Origin: Hyalangium minutum
GTDB lineage: Bacteria > Myxococcota > Myxococcia > Myxococcales > Myxococcaceae
Length of the DNA stretch: 248,000 bases
Assembly (NCBI RefSeq): GCF_000737315.1
Contig: NZ_JMCB01000002.1
Coordinates: 268,001-516,000, forward strand
Direction: 5' to 3'
Part shown: positions 43,844 to 54,667 of the stretch, in pieces
How the letters are laid out: each line of letters starts with the position of its first letter
How positions within the stretch are numbered: position 1 is the first letter of the stretch
Made by a program: the position numbers and the translations under genes
The notes under the pieces: model-generated
The model's database searches: none
What the model was told of the DNA's origin: nothing
What the model saw: the letters and a program-made list of their open reading frames with translations, nothing else

Positions 43844-44099
43844 GGGGGCCTCTCTTAGCGGAATGTACCTGAGAGCTCACCAGGAACGGGCACCTGGGAG
43901 AGACATCGGGTCGAGCGCTGTTTCCGTAAGACTGCTCAGCACGACACTCCCAGAGTGGGCTTGGCGGAGTTCCGTGGGAGCCCGGACACTTTCATTCCGA
44001 TTGAGGCGGGCGTGGCCCGGCTGTCGCTGCGGGCGAGCGGACTGCGGCCGGCCGCCGGATAGTTGCCGAACAACGCGCGCCGTGCCGTATCATCGGCGC

Positions 44100-44540
44100 G
44101 TGACGACGCGGCGCACACTCACCGACCTGATGGACGAGGTGTCCCGCCGCAACCGCGACTGGTCATCGCCGCAGGACCTCGGCTTCGATCGCGCGACGGT
44201 CGCGGCCGCCTGGCTAGCGAGCGAAGATCCTCTAGCGATGCTGCTCCTGCTCGCCGCGCTGCATCCCCGACGCGACAAGGAGAAGTGCCTCGAGCTGGCG
44301 ACCGAGATGTCGTTCTTCGAGCCCATGCGGGTCGAAGCACACACGATGAGTCGCCTCTACGGCGGCGGCGTGAACTTCAATGGTCCGAGTCCGTTCTACT
44401 TCATTCGGCTCTGCCAGCGGCTGCGCACCGCCTTACCGTGGATCGAGGACACCAAGCGGTCGCAGCTCGAGCCCGAGCTCGCCGCGGCGATCCGCGTCGT
44501 CGTCCACGATCCGTTCACGCTCGTCGGGCCCGCCGCATAG
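44100..44540 (+). CDS. Hypothetical protein
   Basis: 3' part of ORF 43422..44540 from a GTG; no recognised motif. Confidence 0.4.
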   Translation: MTTRRTLTDLMDEVSRRNRDWSSPQDLGFDRATVAAAWLASEDPLAMLLLLAALHPRRDKEKCLELATEMSFFEPMRVEAHTMSRLYGGGVNFNGPSPFYFIRLCQRLRTALPWIEDTKRSQLEPELAAAIRVVVHDPFTLVGPAA

Positions 44541-44773
44541 GGCCCGGGACCGCGGTTGGATGGGGCCGGGTTGCTGCGCAGCAGCTTCGCGCTAGGAGCA
44601 TCCTCTATTCTATGCTCCAGACCGAAGGACTTCGAGCCCAGGCCGCTGCGCAAGTGAAGGCGGCTTCCTGAATGACTTCAACTTGCTGGAGCGGCTGGCG
44701 ACCCAGTCCTTTCCCGAGGGCGGCTTCCATAAGAGGGGGCCGGTGGTGCCGCGCTAGACCTATGCGTGGCTGA

Positions 44774-45988
44774 CTACGCCGTGGCAGGAGGGGCCGGCTC
44801 CACCGGTGCTGAGCTGGCCGCCTCCGTGGCCGCGCGCTGGAGCGGCCTTCGATTCGACAGGTGGGAGGCAACGGCGATGAGCGGCACCACGCCAGCGCCC
44901 ACGAAGGGAATCATCTGCAACAGCGAGAATGCCAGCAGCACGCCGACGCGAACCGCGCGCGCCACGAGCCGGTGCTTCCATCGCCCGTGCGCGGCCACCG
45001 CGTTGGCGCTGGAGAGGCGCAGCACGCACAGCCCTGCCACCAGCCCGATGATCGGCACCGCGCCGATGAGCGCGAGGAGGGGCAGAATCCGCAGCAGCGC
45101 GCGATCCGCTGCCCGGAGGAACAGCCGGATGTCGTCCGGGGCCGGGAAGGCCTTGGCGCCGCACCGCGCACAGCACGCCTGAGGCCCGCCCGCCGCGAGT
45201 GGCTCGGCGCATGCGCGGCAGCGGCAGCGGGCGAGCAGCGTGAAGACGTGGGCTTGCATGTCCACGGCGGGTCTGCGCGAGGTGCGGCCAATCACATCCA
45301 GCGCACTCGGCTCGCGAGGCGCACCACAACCTGGACAGCGCTGCGCCGCGCGATGCGTTGATGTGGCACAAGCAGGGCATGCCATGCGCTCCGACTCCTC
45401 CCGAGCACGGAGGAGGAAATACGCGCTGGCTATCAGCCCGGCTGCTGGCAGCACGGCGAAGGCCGCAGCCACCGGCGCGAAGGCGCACAGCGCCATCCCA
45501 CCGATGACGAAGAGCGTCTCTCCCGCCTCCAGCACCAAGAGGACGCCCAGCTCATCCGCGCCAGGGATGGCTTCCAGCCCCTGGCGGATCCGCGTGTGTG
45601 CCCGCGAGTACGCGAGCGTCAGTGCACCCATCGCGCCCACCACCACTCCTCCGAGGAGGAGCGCCGAGGTATGGCGCTCGGAAGAGGAGGCGAAAGCCCC
45701 CACCCGGTAGCCCGCGAAAACCATTCCGGACACCGTGGCTGTCGCGACGGCAGCGTGCCAGCGCCACGGGCTCAGGCGCGGCCACACCGCTTCGATGTGG
45801 CCCCACACGAAACGCTGCGCCGCCCAGACAACCAAGAGGGTTCCAATCACTCCTCCCGCTGCCAGAACGGGGGCGCCGTGGACACCCGCGCCCGGCTCGA
45901 ACGCGCCAAAAGCTACGAGCAGAAGGGCGGCGGCGGAGGCCACCAGGGGACGGCTCCCGAAGTACGGCACAGCGCATAGGATCGCCAT
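44774..45988 (-). CDS. Membrane protein with zinc-ribbon (CxxC) region
   Basis: Many TM segments; CPAC, CPGC, CRAC, CARC. Confidence 0.65.
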   Translation of the reverse strand: MAILCAVPYFGSRPLVASAAALLLVAFGAFEPGAGVHGAPVLAAGGVIGTLLVVWAAQRFVWGHIEAVWPRLSPWRWHAAVATATVSGMVFAGYRVGAFASSSERHTSALLLGGVVVGAMGALTLAYSRAHTRIRQGLEAIPGADELGVLLVLEAGETLFVIGGMALCAFAPVAAAFAVLPAAGLIASAYFLLRAREESERMACPACATSTHRAAQRCPGCGAPREPSALDVIGRTSRRPAVDMQAHVFTLLARCRCRACAEPLAAGGPQACCARCGAKAFPAPDDIRLFLRAADRALLRILPLLALIGAVPIIGLVAGLCVLRLSSANAVAAHGRWKHRLVARAVRVGVLLAFSLLQMIPFVGAGVVPLIAVASHLSNRRPLQRAATEAASSAPVEPAPPATA

Positions 45989-46237
45989 GTAACCTCCCAC
46001 GCTTTCTCCTCTTGCTTGGCCGCCGGTCGACAGCGCGGCGCCCACTTTCGAGCGCCGCGCGACCAAGGGTCAAGGAATGGAGTGCAGCCGTGGAGTCCCG
46101 CGTCCCTTGAGCTTCCAAAGGGTTGTGACGCGCGTCACAGAAGGCGCGTGAGCCGCTTCACGGAAACGCGAGGCCAGGACGCGCAGTCTTGCAGCCAAAG
46201 AACGGGCCTCCCGCCCTTTCTCCTGCAAGGAACCCGC

Positions 46238-48490
46238 ATGTCCCCCGTCCGTCTCTTCGTTCTCCTTCCGTTGATGCTCACGTGGCTCGTGGGCTGTCAC
46301 TCGGCGCAGCCCGCCGAGGCTTCCGCCACCGGCTCAGTGCGTCTGGCCGCCTCCACGCGCCAGGCTCTCTCCGCCAACGCCATCTCCCGCGTCACCGTCA
46401 CTTCTTCCGCGGCGGACATGCCCTCCATCACCGTCGAGCTGGCCCAGACCGACGGGGTGTGGGGCGGCATGATCGGCAACATCCCCGCGGGCCTCGAGCG
46501 CATCTTCCAGGCCCAGGCCTTCGACGCCGGAGGCGCTCTGCTGTACGAGGGGCAGGCCGAGCACGTCACGGTGGTGGCGGGCCAGGTGACGCTCGTCACG
46601 CTCACCCTTCAGGACGTCTCCGCCCCCGAGCCCTACGAGAATGAGGCACCCCTCATCGACTCGGTGGTGGCCGCGCCGCTGGTGGTGGCGCCGGGCGGCA
46701 CTGTGACGCTGGCGGGGAGCGCCCACGATCTCAACCCGGGTGACACGCTGGCCTACGCGTGGACGGCCAGCGCGGGAAGCTTCGCGGCGCCCTCGGATGC
46801 CAGCACCACGTGGAGCGCTCCGGCGGACAACGGCCCGGTGACGCTGGCGCTCACGGTGAGCGACGCGCGCGGCGCGGCCTCCTCGGTGTCGCTCGTGGTG
46901 AACGTCTCGGCTGGCGAGGGTGGGGCGGTGCTGGACGTGCGCTTCAACAGCCGTCCGGCGGTGATGGGCTTCACCTCCTCGGAGTCGCAGCTCGAGGTGG
47001 GGGAGAGCACCCTGCTCACGGTGTCGGCGGCGGACCTGGATGGGGACGCGCTGAGCTACCAGTGGAGCGCTTCGTGCGCGGGCAGCCTGCAGGAGCTCGG
47101 CCTGGGCGTCGCGAGCTTCACGCCCAGCGCTCTGCCCGCCGCGGCGTGCAACAACTGCCAGCTGAGCGTCAGTGTCTCCGACGGACGCGGCGGCCAGACG
47201 AGCGCGACGCTCGCGCTCTGCGTGACCGAGCCCACAGTCCACGCCCTGCCTCCTCGCGTGATCCGCTCCTACCAGTCGAGCCTCACGGCCCGCGCGAACC
47301 AGCAGCTCATCTTCGAGGTCGTGGCCAGTGATCCGCAGGGGAGCGCGCTGAGCTTCCAGTGGGGTGCCGCGAGTGGCGTGTTCGGCGCTTCCACGGACTC
47401 GGCCACCAGCAGCCGGGTGGCCTGGACCGCGCCGGCCTGCATCAACGACAGCTCTCAGGGCTCGCTGAGCGTCACCCTCACCAACGCCGCGAACCTGACG
47501 GCCGTCCAGACCTTCTCCGTGACGGGGCTGCCGACTTGCACGTCCAACGGGAGCTGGGTGCCCGTGGGCGCCATGGTGGAGCCGCGGCTCGGGCACCAGG
47601 CGGAGGTGCTGCCCTCGGGCAAGGTGCTCGTCATGGGCGGCAATGGGCCGGGCGGCGACAAGGCCACGGCCGAGATTTATGACCCTGTCTCCCAGACTTG
47701 GGCGGCCACCGGCTCCATGAGCCAGACCCGGAGCTACTTCAGCGCAGTGTCGCTGCCCTCGGGGCAGGTGCTGGTCTCTGGAGGCGAGCAGGGCTGGAAC
47801 AGCTACGACACGGCCGAGCTGTATGATCCGTCCACGGGGAGCTGGTCGCCGACCCCCCGCATGAATGTGCCGCGCAAGGGCCACACCCTGACGGTGTTGC
47901 CCTCGGGCAAGGTGCTCGCCGCCGGAGGCACCACCGCGACGGCGGAGTTGTATGATCCGGCGAGCGGCACCTGGACGCTCACCGGCTCCATGAGCATGTC
48001 CCGCTACGGGCACACGGCCGTGCTGCTGTCCTCGGGCAAGGTGCTCGTCATGGGCGGCTGGAGCGCGACGGCGGAGCTGTACAATCCGGAGACCGGCACC
48101 TGGACGGCTACCGGCTCTCTGAACATCCCCCGGAACCCGGGGCACACTGCCACGCTGCTCCCTTCGGGCAAGGTGCTCGTCGCGAGCGGCAACGCCGATG
48201 GTGGCACGGTGGCGGAGCTGTACGATCCGGCGACCGGCACCTGGACGGCCGCGGGCTCTGCGCTGAATGCGCATGCCGGGGCCACGGCCACGCTGCTCCC
48301 TTCGGGCAAGGTGCTTGTCGTGGGCGGCAACCTCGATAACAGCGCGGCGGCGGTGCTGTACGATGTTGCCTCTGGGACGTGGGCTCCTGTCGCCTCGATG
48401 GGACCGGCTCAGTACAGGCACACCGCGACGCTGCTGTCGTCCGGCAAGGTGCTCTTCACCAGCCGCTCCACGGTGCTCTACCAGCCCTGA
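46238..48490 (+). CDS. Kelch-repeat lipoprotein with Ig/PKD-like domains
   Basis: Lipobox LVGC; repeated HTATLLPSGKVLV.GG. Confidence 0.88.
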   Translation: MSPVRLFVLLPLMLTWLVGCHSAQPAEASATGSVRLAASTRQALSANAISRVTVTSSAADMPSITVELAQTDGVWGGMIGNIPAGLERIFQAQAFDAGGALLYEGQAEHVTVVAGQVTLVTLTLQDVSAPEPYENEAPLIDSVVAAPLVVAPGGTVTLAGSAHDLNPGDTLAYAWTASAGSFAAPSDASTTWSAPADNGPVTLALTVSDARGAASSVSLVVNVSAGEGGAVLDVRFNSRPAVMGFTSSESQLEVGESTLLTVSAADLDGDALSYQWSASCAGSLQELGLGVASFTPSALPAAACNNCQLSVSVSDGRGGQTSATLALCVTEPTVHALPPRVIRSYQSSLTARANQQLIFEVVASDPQGSALSFQWGAASGVFGASTDSATSSRVAWTAPACINDSSQGSLSVTLTNAANLTAVQTFSVTGLPTCTSNGSWVPVGAMVEPRLGHQAEVLPSGKVLVMGGNGPGGDKATAEIYDPVSQTWAATGSMSQTRSYFSAVSLPSGQVLVSGGEQGWNSYDTAELYDPSTGSWSPTPRMNVPRKGHTLTVLPSGKVLAAGGTTATAELYDPASGTWTLTGSMSMSRYGHTAVLLSSGKVLVMGGWSATAELYNPETGTWTATGSLNIPRNPGHTATLLPSGKVLVASGNADGGTVAELYDPATGTWTAAGSALNAHAGATATLLPSGKVLVVGGNLDNSAAAVLYDVASGTWAPVASMGPAQYRHTATLLSSGKVLFTSRSTVLYQP

Positions 48491-48960
48491 GCGTCTGGCT
48501 GACTCGCTGGGCCTGAGCAAACCCTTCCACGGGTGGTTCAGTCCCAGGATCCACTGCCAGTAGTCCGCTCACTCACTGTTCCCTCAAGCAGGTGCGGAGC
48601 CTGGGCTTACGGAGGAGAGCCCCGCCTTCTCGGTCCCTCTGCACCAGCCCTCACCCTCAGCACAGCTCCTATCTGTCTTAGAACCTGGAATCTGTAGAGC
48701 CAGCGCGTGTCCAGGCTCGCATGCTGGCTCGGTAGAAGCCCGCCAGGATGGCGGCCCCGCAGCCCTTGGCGTTCAGCGCCCCGGCAGAAGGAAGGCGACC
48801 CACCGCCGGACCATCTGGCGCGGCGTGGTGGGGCTGCCCAAAGGTGGACGGGAACGAACGGTGGATCTCCCCGCGTCGGCAGTGGAGGCACTCAAGGGAC
48901 ACCGCCACCAGCTAGAGACGCCAGAGGGGCACACTGAGGTCACATGAAGGAAACGAGGAC

Positions 48961-48997
48961 AAAGAAAAACTCAGCAACCCGTTAAGATTGCTGGGCT
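48961..48997 (-). terminator. Rho-independent terminator-like hairpin after the tmRNA-like fragment
   Basis: cagcaa/ttgctg stem followed on the minus strand by a T-rich run. Confidence 0.55.
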
Positions 48998-49005
48998 TCT
49001 CGGGA

Positions 49006-49030
49006 TGGAGGCGGCGGGAATCGAACCCGC
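49006..49030 (-). repeat. tmRNA/tRNA 3'-end-like fragment (att-site remnant), copy 1
   Basis: Reverse complement reads GCGGGTTCGATTCCCGCCGCCTCCA = T-arm plus acceptor strand. Confidence 0.7.
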
Positions 49031-49061
49031 CGCCGAGCGAGAACACAACCTGTGCATCAGG

Positions 49062-51350
49062 TTACGGCGTGGGGCCGCCGAGGAGCGACGCCAGGCGCTG
49101 CGCGAGCCGCGTGCGGGCCGCTTGAACCTGCGCATCCGTCTTCGCCGTGTCGTAGGGCGCCGGGAAGAGGCTTCGCGCGATGTCCTGCGCCTCGGTGCCG
49201 TAGCCCAGCCGGCGCAGCTGCTCGAGGTACTCGTAGTCCTCGTAACCATCGCGCACGTTCTTCATCCGAACCGACTCGATGGGGATGGGGTCCGTGCCTC
49301 CAATGCGGGCCACCGTCCCGGCGTACATCATGTTCCCGTCGCCGTTGCCCGTCGCGTAGTACTGGTCGTCCCAGGCATGGGGCAGGAGCATGGCCATGTC
49401 GTAGTAGAGCGTCCCCGTCAGCCGGTAGCGGAACGCCAGCCACGCCATGGCCCGGCTCTCCGAGGCGGGCGCATCAATCTCGAGCCCCGCCCAGCCGTTC
49501 GTATACGGTTTGTCATTTTCCACGCAGCCGTGGCTTCCGCAGGCGGCGTACATCCAGAGCTCCTTGGGCCGTCCCCCCGAGTTCTGGAGGAACGAGTCAT
49601 AGAGCGGTCGCTGGTCACCCGCGAACCAGGGACCACCGGCCGGCCCGTCCAGCAGCTCGACGTTGACGACCATGATGTCGGTCTTCTCCGTGCCCCCGTT
49701 CTCCTGTGCGCTCTGGATATGGGCGGTCACCATCCGGGGCGCTGCGGGCCAGGCCCTCTCGGCCTGCGCGAGGTAGTCCTTGCAGATCAACCAGTTGTTG
49801 TGGTCGTCGCCATACTTCGGGAAGAAGTGCGGCTCGTCGCACCCGTAGATGAAGGCGATGTTCTCGAACCCGTTCAGCCGCGCCTCTTCCTTCCACGCGC
49901 CCACGTCGTAGTTCTTGTGCATGTTCACCTGGTACGTGGTGAGCCGGGCGCCAGGGAGGCGAGTGGGCGCGGTGCCCTTGATGAAGGGCAGGGTATAGGT
50001 CCGGAACTCCTGGATGCCGGTGGTGCTGCCCGTCCGCAGGTTGGTGGCGTGCGCGCGCGCCGTGGTGATGCGGTTGTCGAGCGCCGAGCGAACGAACAGT
50101 TGCTTGGCCTTGGCGCGGGCGACGAGGTCGGTCTCACAGTTGGGCGTTCCGAGCTGGCACTCCATGCCCGGCGTGAAGCCGAACGAGCTCTTGAGCGTCG
50201 TGGTGGAGGGGAGCGTGAAGTTGAGCACCTTCAGCTCGACAGGGATGTTCTGCGACAGGTTCTCGGCCGTGAGCTGGAGGGTTCCCCGGTACACGCCCGC
50301 GGCGGCGTCGATGGGGACCAGCACGTCGACCCAGAGGGTCCGGTTCTCACCCGCGGGCACATCGACAGGGAACGCGTTTCGCGTCTGGCCCAGCAGCGGG
50401 TCGACCGCGGGGATGAGCGGATCCGGCCAGCGCCCCGTCGCCCCTTCCAGGTCAGACGGGGTGCGGACGTTGTAGTAGCCCTCGCGATACACGGTCACGT
50501 TCCGGCTCGGGATGACGGCGCCGTTAGGGCCGGTGAGCGGCCCGGAGAAGGACGCGCGAAGCCCGCGCAGCGGCGCGCTCGGTGCCTTGACGACGACCTG
50601 GAACGACTCGAACTCGTTGCGAGCCGCGAAGATGGCAGCACGGGACGGGCCCTCAGGCATCTCTTGGGGACGCACCTTCACCGCCGAGCCGAGCACGACG
50701 TAGTTCGAAGGCATGCCCACCTCTACGTAGGCGGCCCGGATGTTGGCATCGGGGCCACCGAGGCTGCGGAAGCGCAGGCGCAGGTCATCCAGCTCCAGCC
50801 GCTGGCCGACTTTGAAGCGGACCGACCGCCAGCCGAACCCCGCCGTCGCGGGGACGAGGACACTGGCGCGCACCTGGCTGCCCGTGACGGCCTCCACGCG
50901 CACCTGCGTCCCAGCGCCGGTGTTGCCGTAGAACCAGGCAGTCACCTCTCCCGGATCGCCGCGGTACATGGACGGGTTCTGCAGGCTCACCTCGGTGACC
51001 TGATCCGCTCCGCCCGCCCAGAGATAATCGTTGTCAGCAGAGACGGCGGCCGGCTGCGTGACCGGCTCGTCGAGCTTCTCCCAGGCGCTGCCCGTGTCGC
51101 CGGTGCGCCATCCGGACTGGACGGTGCCATCCGGGCGGAGGGCCTGACTGGTGACCAGCGCCTCCTGGACCATTCCTGGCTGTTCGGTATCGGCTGTCAC
51201 CGGGGCAGAGGGTTGTTCGGCGTCACCTGCCCCCGGGTCGAGCGGCGGTGAGCCGTCGCCTGCCATCGGGTCGAAGCCCTCGCCACACGACGTCAGCAGC
51301 AGTAAGGCAGTCACAACAGAGAGTGAGAGGGCGCCGAGCCGGCTCCGCAT
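49062..51350 (-). CDS. DUF4091-type glycoside hydrolase-like lipoprotein
   Basis: Lipobox LTSC; AARNEFESFQ; C-terminal GDG.MMY...ESVRMKNVRDGYEDYEYL. Confidence 0.75.
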   Translation of the reverse strand: MRSRLGALSLSVVTALLLLTSCGEGFDPMAGDGSPPLDPGAGDAEQPSAPVTADTEQPGMVQEALVTSQALRPDGTVQSGWRTGDTGSAWEKLDEPVTQPAAVSADNDYLWAGGADQVTEVSLQNPSMYRGDPGEVTAWFYGNTGAGTQVRVEAVTGSQVRASVLVPATAGFGWRSVRFKVGQRLELDDLRLRFRSLGGPDANIRAAYVEVGMPSNYVVLGSAVKVRPQEMPEGPSRAAIFAARNEFESFQVVVKAPSAPLRGLRASFSGPLTGPNGAVIPSRNVTVYREGYYNVRTPSDLEGATGRWPDPLIPAVDPLLGQTRNAFPVDVPAGENRTLWVDVLVPIDAAAGVYRGTLQLTAENLSQNIPVELKVLNFTLPSTTTLKSSFGFTPGMECQLGTPNCETDLVARAKAKQLFVRSALDNRITTARAHATNLRTGSTTGIQEFRTYTLPFIKGTAPTRLPGARLTTYQVNMHKNYDVGAWKEEARLNGFENIAFIYGCDEPHFFPKYGDDHNNWLICKDYLAQAERAWPAAPRMVTAHIQSAQENGGTEKTDIMVVNVELLDGPAGGPWFAGDQRPLYDSFLQNSGGRPKELWMYAACGSHGCVENDKPYTNGWAGLEIDAPASESRAMAWLAFRYRLTGTLYYDMAMLLPHAWDDQYYATGNGDGNMMYAGTVARIGGTDPIPIESVRMKNVRDGYEDYEYLEQLRRLGYGTEAQDIARSLFPAPYDTAKTDAQVQAARTRLAQRLASLLGGPTP

Positions 51351-51523
51351 GCAGTCTGATCCTTTGCGCTTTGTATGTGTGTGCTGCCGAACACCTCCCT
51401 TTGCGCGGTGTATTTCCCCGGCGGCTGCTGGCTGGGATTGCGGGTGGGCAACGCCTCATGAGCGCGCTTGGCGCGAGGCGGTACGACCGGCTGTTCGCTC
51501 GATGGGTGAGCGATCAACCTCAG

Positions 51524-52204
51524 TCAGGGCTCGGCCCACTGCCTGAGCAGGTTGTGGTAGATGCCCGTCAGCATGACCAGGGAGGGGCTCTTGGGCACCT
51601 CCCGGGTGAGCTGCATGATCGACGTGTCGAGGTCGAAGAGCAGCGCTCGCTTGCTCACATCGCGAATCATGCTCTGCACCCAGAAGAAGGAGGCCAGCCG
51701 CACTCCTCGCGTCACGGGCGTGACGTGGTGCAGGCTGGAGGCGGGGTAGATGATGAGATCCCCCGCCGGCAGCTTCACCGAGTGGCTGCCATACGTGTCC
51801 TCCACGACGAGCTCTCCCCCGTCGTAGCTCTCCGGGTCGGAGAGGAAGAGCGTCGCCGAGACGTCCGTGCGCAAGCGCAGCGGCGTCCCGGTGATCGGAC
51901 GGATGGCATTGTCCACGTGCGAGCCGAAGTTCATCCCCGGCTCGTAGCGGTTGAACAGCGGCGGGAAGACCCGCTGCGGCAACACCGCCGAGATGAACAG
52001 GGGGCTGCGCTCGAGCGCCCCCAGCACCAGATCCCCCAGCATCCGCGCCGCCGGGCTGTTCTCCGGAAGCTGCAGGTTCTTCTTCACCTGTGCTGACTGG
52101 TGGCCGGCCGTGCTGCGGCCGTCCTCCCAGTCAGCTCGGGCGAAGGTCTCCCGGCAGTGGGTCACCTGCTCGGCGGTGAGGACGTGGGGGATGTGCACCA
52201 ACAT
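51524..52204 (-). CDS. piuC: Fe(II)/2OG dioxygenase, PiuC/YbiX family
   Basis: [27 protein letters not shown]. Confidence 0.9.
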   Translation of the reverse strand: MLVHIPHVLTAEQVTHCRETFARADWEDGRSTAGHQSAQVKKNLQLPENSPAARMLGDLVLGALERSPLFISAVLPQRVFPPLFNRYEPGMNFGSHVDNAIRPITGTPLRLRTDVSATLFLSDPESYDGGELVVEDTYGSHSVKLPAGDLIIYPASSLHHVTPVTRGVRLASFFWVQSMIRDVSKRALLFDLDTSIMQLTREVPKSPSLVMLTGIYHNLLRQWAEP

Positions 52205-52206
52205 GG

Positions 52207-54603
52207 CTAGAACCGGTACTTGCCGGACACGCTGACCGTGCGGCCCTCCGCCGGAACCGCGTGCCCTGCGTAGTACTGCGAATAGTAGAGCGCGTTCGTC
52301 AGGTTGTTGAGGTTGAGCTGCACCTCTACCTTGCCCCAGTGGTAGCCCGCCACCGCGTCGAAGCGCCAGTAGTTGGGCACCTTGAGGAAAGCGACCGTCG
52401 CGGAGGCCGGGTTGTTGACCGTCGTCACGCTCTGATAGATGGCGCCGCCTCCCAACGTGAGGTTCTCGATGACCTCGTAGGTCGTCCAGAGCGAGAGGCT
52501 GTTCTTCGGAGTGTTCGGCAGCGGCTGGCCTTCCAGGTAGTCATTGCTGTGCTCCAGGATGGCCGAGTAGATGTGCGTGAAGTTCGCGAACAGCCGCAGG
52601 CGCTCGGTCACGGTGCCGGCCACGCCCACGTTGTAGCCCTCCGCGCGCTGCCGGCCCGCCAGGATCTGCGGAGGCCCGCTCGGATCCGTGTTCGGCACGC
52701 GCGCATTCCTCTTGTCGATGCGGAACACCGCCGCGCTCAGCCCCAGCCGGTCCTCCAGGAGGTCAGCCTTGGCGCCCGCTTCGATGATCCGGTTCTTCTC
52801 GGGCTCGAGGCTCTCGGTGGCTGCATCGAGCGTCCCGGCCTCCGCGGACGGATTGGCGGAGGTGCCATACATGGCATAGACGCTCGTCTTCTCCAGCGGG
52901 TGCAGCACGAGCCCCGCGCGCCAGTTGAGGAAGGTGTCCTTGTTCTCCAGGTGGGTGACGGCTCCCGCGTTGTTCGTCGAGGCGTAGTCCGTGCTGAAGA
53001 TGTCGTAGCGCAGTGAGCCGACGAGCTCGAGGTATTGGGTGATGCCGAGCTGCTCCGACGCATAGAACGCCAACGTGCGCTGGATGCCCGCGTTGCTGGT
53101 GGAGAAGACTCGGTCGACCGAGGAAAGGTCCGGCGTGGGGTTCGGATCAAACAGATCCGCGGGCAGGTTCGTGCCCGAGGGAAGGCCTTGCGCCAACAGA
53201 TTGTAGCGGCGCTGTTCCCGCGTCTCCCGGGACCACTCGAGCCCGATGTTCGCCGTGTGCTTGGCGATACCGGTCTCGAACTCTCCGCGCAGATCCAACT
53301 GGTCCACCAGATAGGTGTTGTCCGTCGCGGTCTCGAAGCGCTGCCGTCCAATCGTGGTGGGAGCCCCGGCGGGCGTCAGGCCGCGCGGCGCCGTGGGCCG
53401 GGCGAACCGATCCACGCCGCCGTAGCGCAGCGTGTTCGTCAGGCTTAGGGCGGGGCTGAACTGGTGCTGGATACGGCCCGTGGCGATGTGGGCGTTGACC
53501 CGCTCCGTGTCCGAGTCCTGCACGCCGTAGAACGTCTCTCGGGGGACTTCCAGGGTGTTCGAGACCGGGTAGCCGTTGAAGTAGGGCTCACCGTAGTCCG
53601 GGACACTGTCCTCTCGCTGGTAGAGGTAGTCGAACTCGAGCGAGGTGCGCTCCGCCAGCGCGAAGCGCAGCGAGGGGGCGATGCCCGCGCGGTTGGCCTT
53701 CACCACGTCGCGGTCCGCCACATCCGCCAGCTGCCCCGTCGCGTTGATGCGGACCTGGAAGCGCTCGGAGACCGCCTCGTTCACGTCCAGCGCCAGCCGC
53801 CCCGACGGCGCCGTGCCCGCCGTGAGCGACAGTTCCTGGAAGGACCTGCGCTGAGGCTTCTTCGTGGCGAGGTTGATGGCCCCTCCCGTCGAGCCTCGGC
53901 CGAAGAGCACGGCGGAGGGCCCGAAGTAGACCTCCACTCCCCCCAGGTTGAAGGTGTCTCGCGTGTACCAGCCGATATCGCGCACGCCGTCGCGGCTCAC
54001 GTCCGTCTGCGCCGAGAAGCCGCGGAGGATGAAGGAGTCTCCCTGCCGGCCGCCCTCGCCCGCGCTGACCGTGATTCCCGAGACGTTGCGCAAGGCCTCG
54101 CGAACCGTCGTCGCCTTCTGCTCCTCGAGCACCTTCTCCGGGACCACCGTGACGCTCTGAGGCGTGTTGATCAGCGGCGTGGGCAGGCGCGTGAGGTTGC
54201 TCTCCTCGACGCGGTAGGTCTCGGCCTCGCCCTGCACCTGGACCGTCGGCAGCACGAACTGGCCCTCGGTCCCCGCCGAATCCTGGGGCGCTGCAGCGGG
54301 AGCCGCCGTCGCTGGCGCCTCGGGCTGGGGCTGCGCGGGGAGTCCCGCCGGCTGCGGTGGAGGCGTGGAGGGACGCTCCTCGGTCACGGGCGGCGCGGCA
54401 GGTGCCGCGGCCTCCTGGGCGAGCGCTCCAGGGGTGATCAGCGCGGACGCCAGTCCGACGGCCGCAGGCCCCCAGGGACGCACCACCCCGCGCAAGCCTC
54501 CCGCGGTGCCCTTCGTCGAGCGAATGCCCGTGCCACCCTTCTTTGACGCTCCCACGTTTACCCCGCTGTTGGCGTTAATTGTGATTTTGATTCTCAGTTG
54601 CAA
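52207..54603 (-). CDS. TonB-dependent siderophore receptor (Fiu/PiuA-like); true start probably downstream of the ORF start
   Basis: [17 protein letters not shown], terminal Phe. Confidence 0.9.
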   Translation of the reverse strand: MQLRIKITINANSGVNVGASKKGGTGIRSTKGTAGGLRGVVRPWGPAAVGLASALITPGALAQEAAAPAAPPVTEERPSTPPPQPAGLPAQPQPEAPATAAPAAAPQDSAGTEGQFVLPTVQVQGEAETYRVEESNLTRLPTPLINTPQSVTVVPEKVLEEQKATTVREALRNVSGITVSAGEGGRQGDSFILRGFSAQTDVSRDGVRDIGWYTRDTFNLGGVEVYFGPSAVLFGRGSTGGAINLATKKPQRRSFQELSLTAGTAPSGRLALDVNEAVSERFQVRINATGQLADVADRDVVKANRAGIAPSLRFALAERTSLEFDYLYQREDSVPDYGEPYFNGYPVSNTLEVPRETFYGVQDSDTERVNAHIATGRIQHQFSPALSLTNTLRYGGVDRFARPTAPRGLTPAGAPTTIGRQRFETATDNTYLVDQLDLRGEFETGIAKHTANIGLEWSRETREQRRYNLLAQGLPSGTNLPADLFDPNPTPDLSSVDRVFSTSNAGIQRTLAFYASEQLGITQYLELVGSLRYDIFSTDYASTNNAGAVTHLENKDTFLNWRAGLVLHPLEKTSVYAMYGTSANPSAEAGTLDAATESLEPEKNRIIEAGAKADLLEDRLGLSAAVFRIDKRNARVPNTDPSGPPQILAGRQRAEGYNVGVAGTVTERLRLFANFTHIYSAILEHSNDYLEGQPLPNTPKNSLSLWTTYEVIENLTLGGGAIYQSVTTVNNPASATVAFLKVPNYWRFDAVAGYHWGKVEVQLNLNNLTNALYYSQYYAGHAVPAEGRTVSVSGKYRF
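54582..54596. promoter_or_regulatory. Fur box-like
   Basis: TGATTTTGATTCTCA in an AT-rich patch at the receptor 5' end. Confidence 0.6.
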
Positions 54604-54667
54604 GAAACGGCCGGAGGCTGTCCAGCTCCTGCTTCAAGAAGAGGCGGAGGCGGGTTCAGCTCCTGCT

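Noticed and set aside
49006-49030. Complete tRNA or tmRNA gene
   Set aside because: Only the T-arm and acceptor 3' strand are present; no 5' strand, D-arm or anticodon was found. ORF 49005..51251 (MEAAGIEP...) is an artefact of this repeat.
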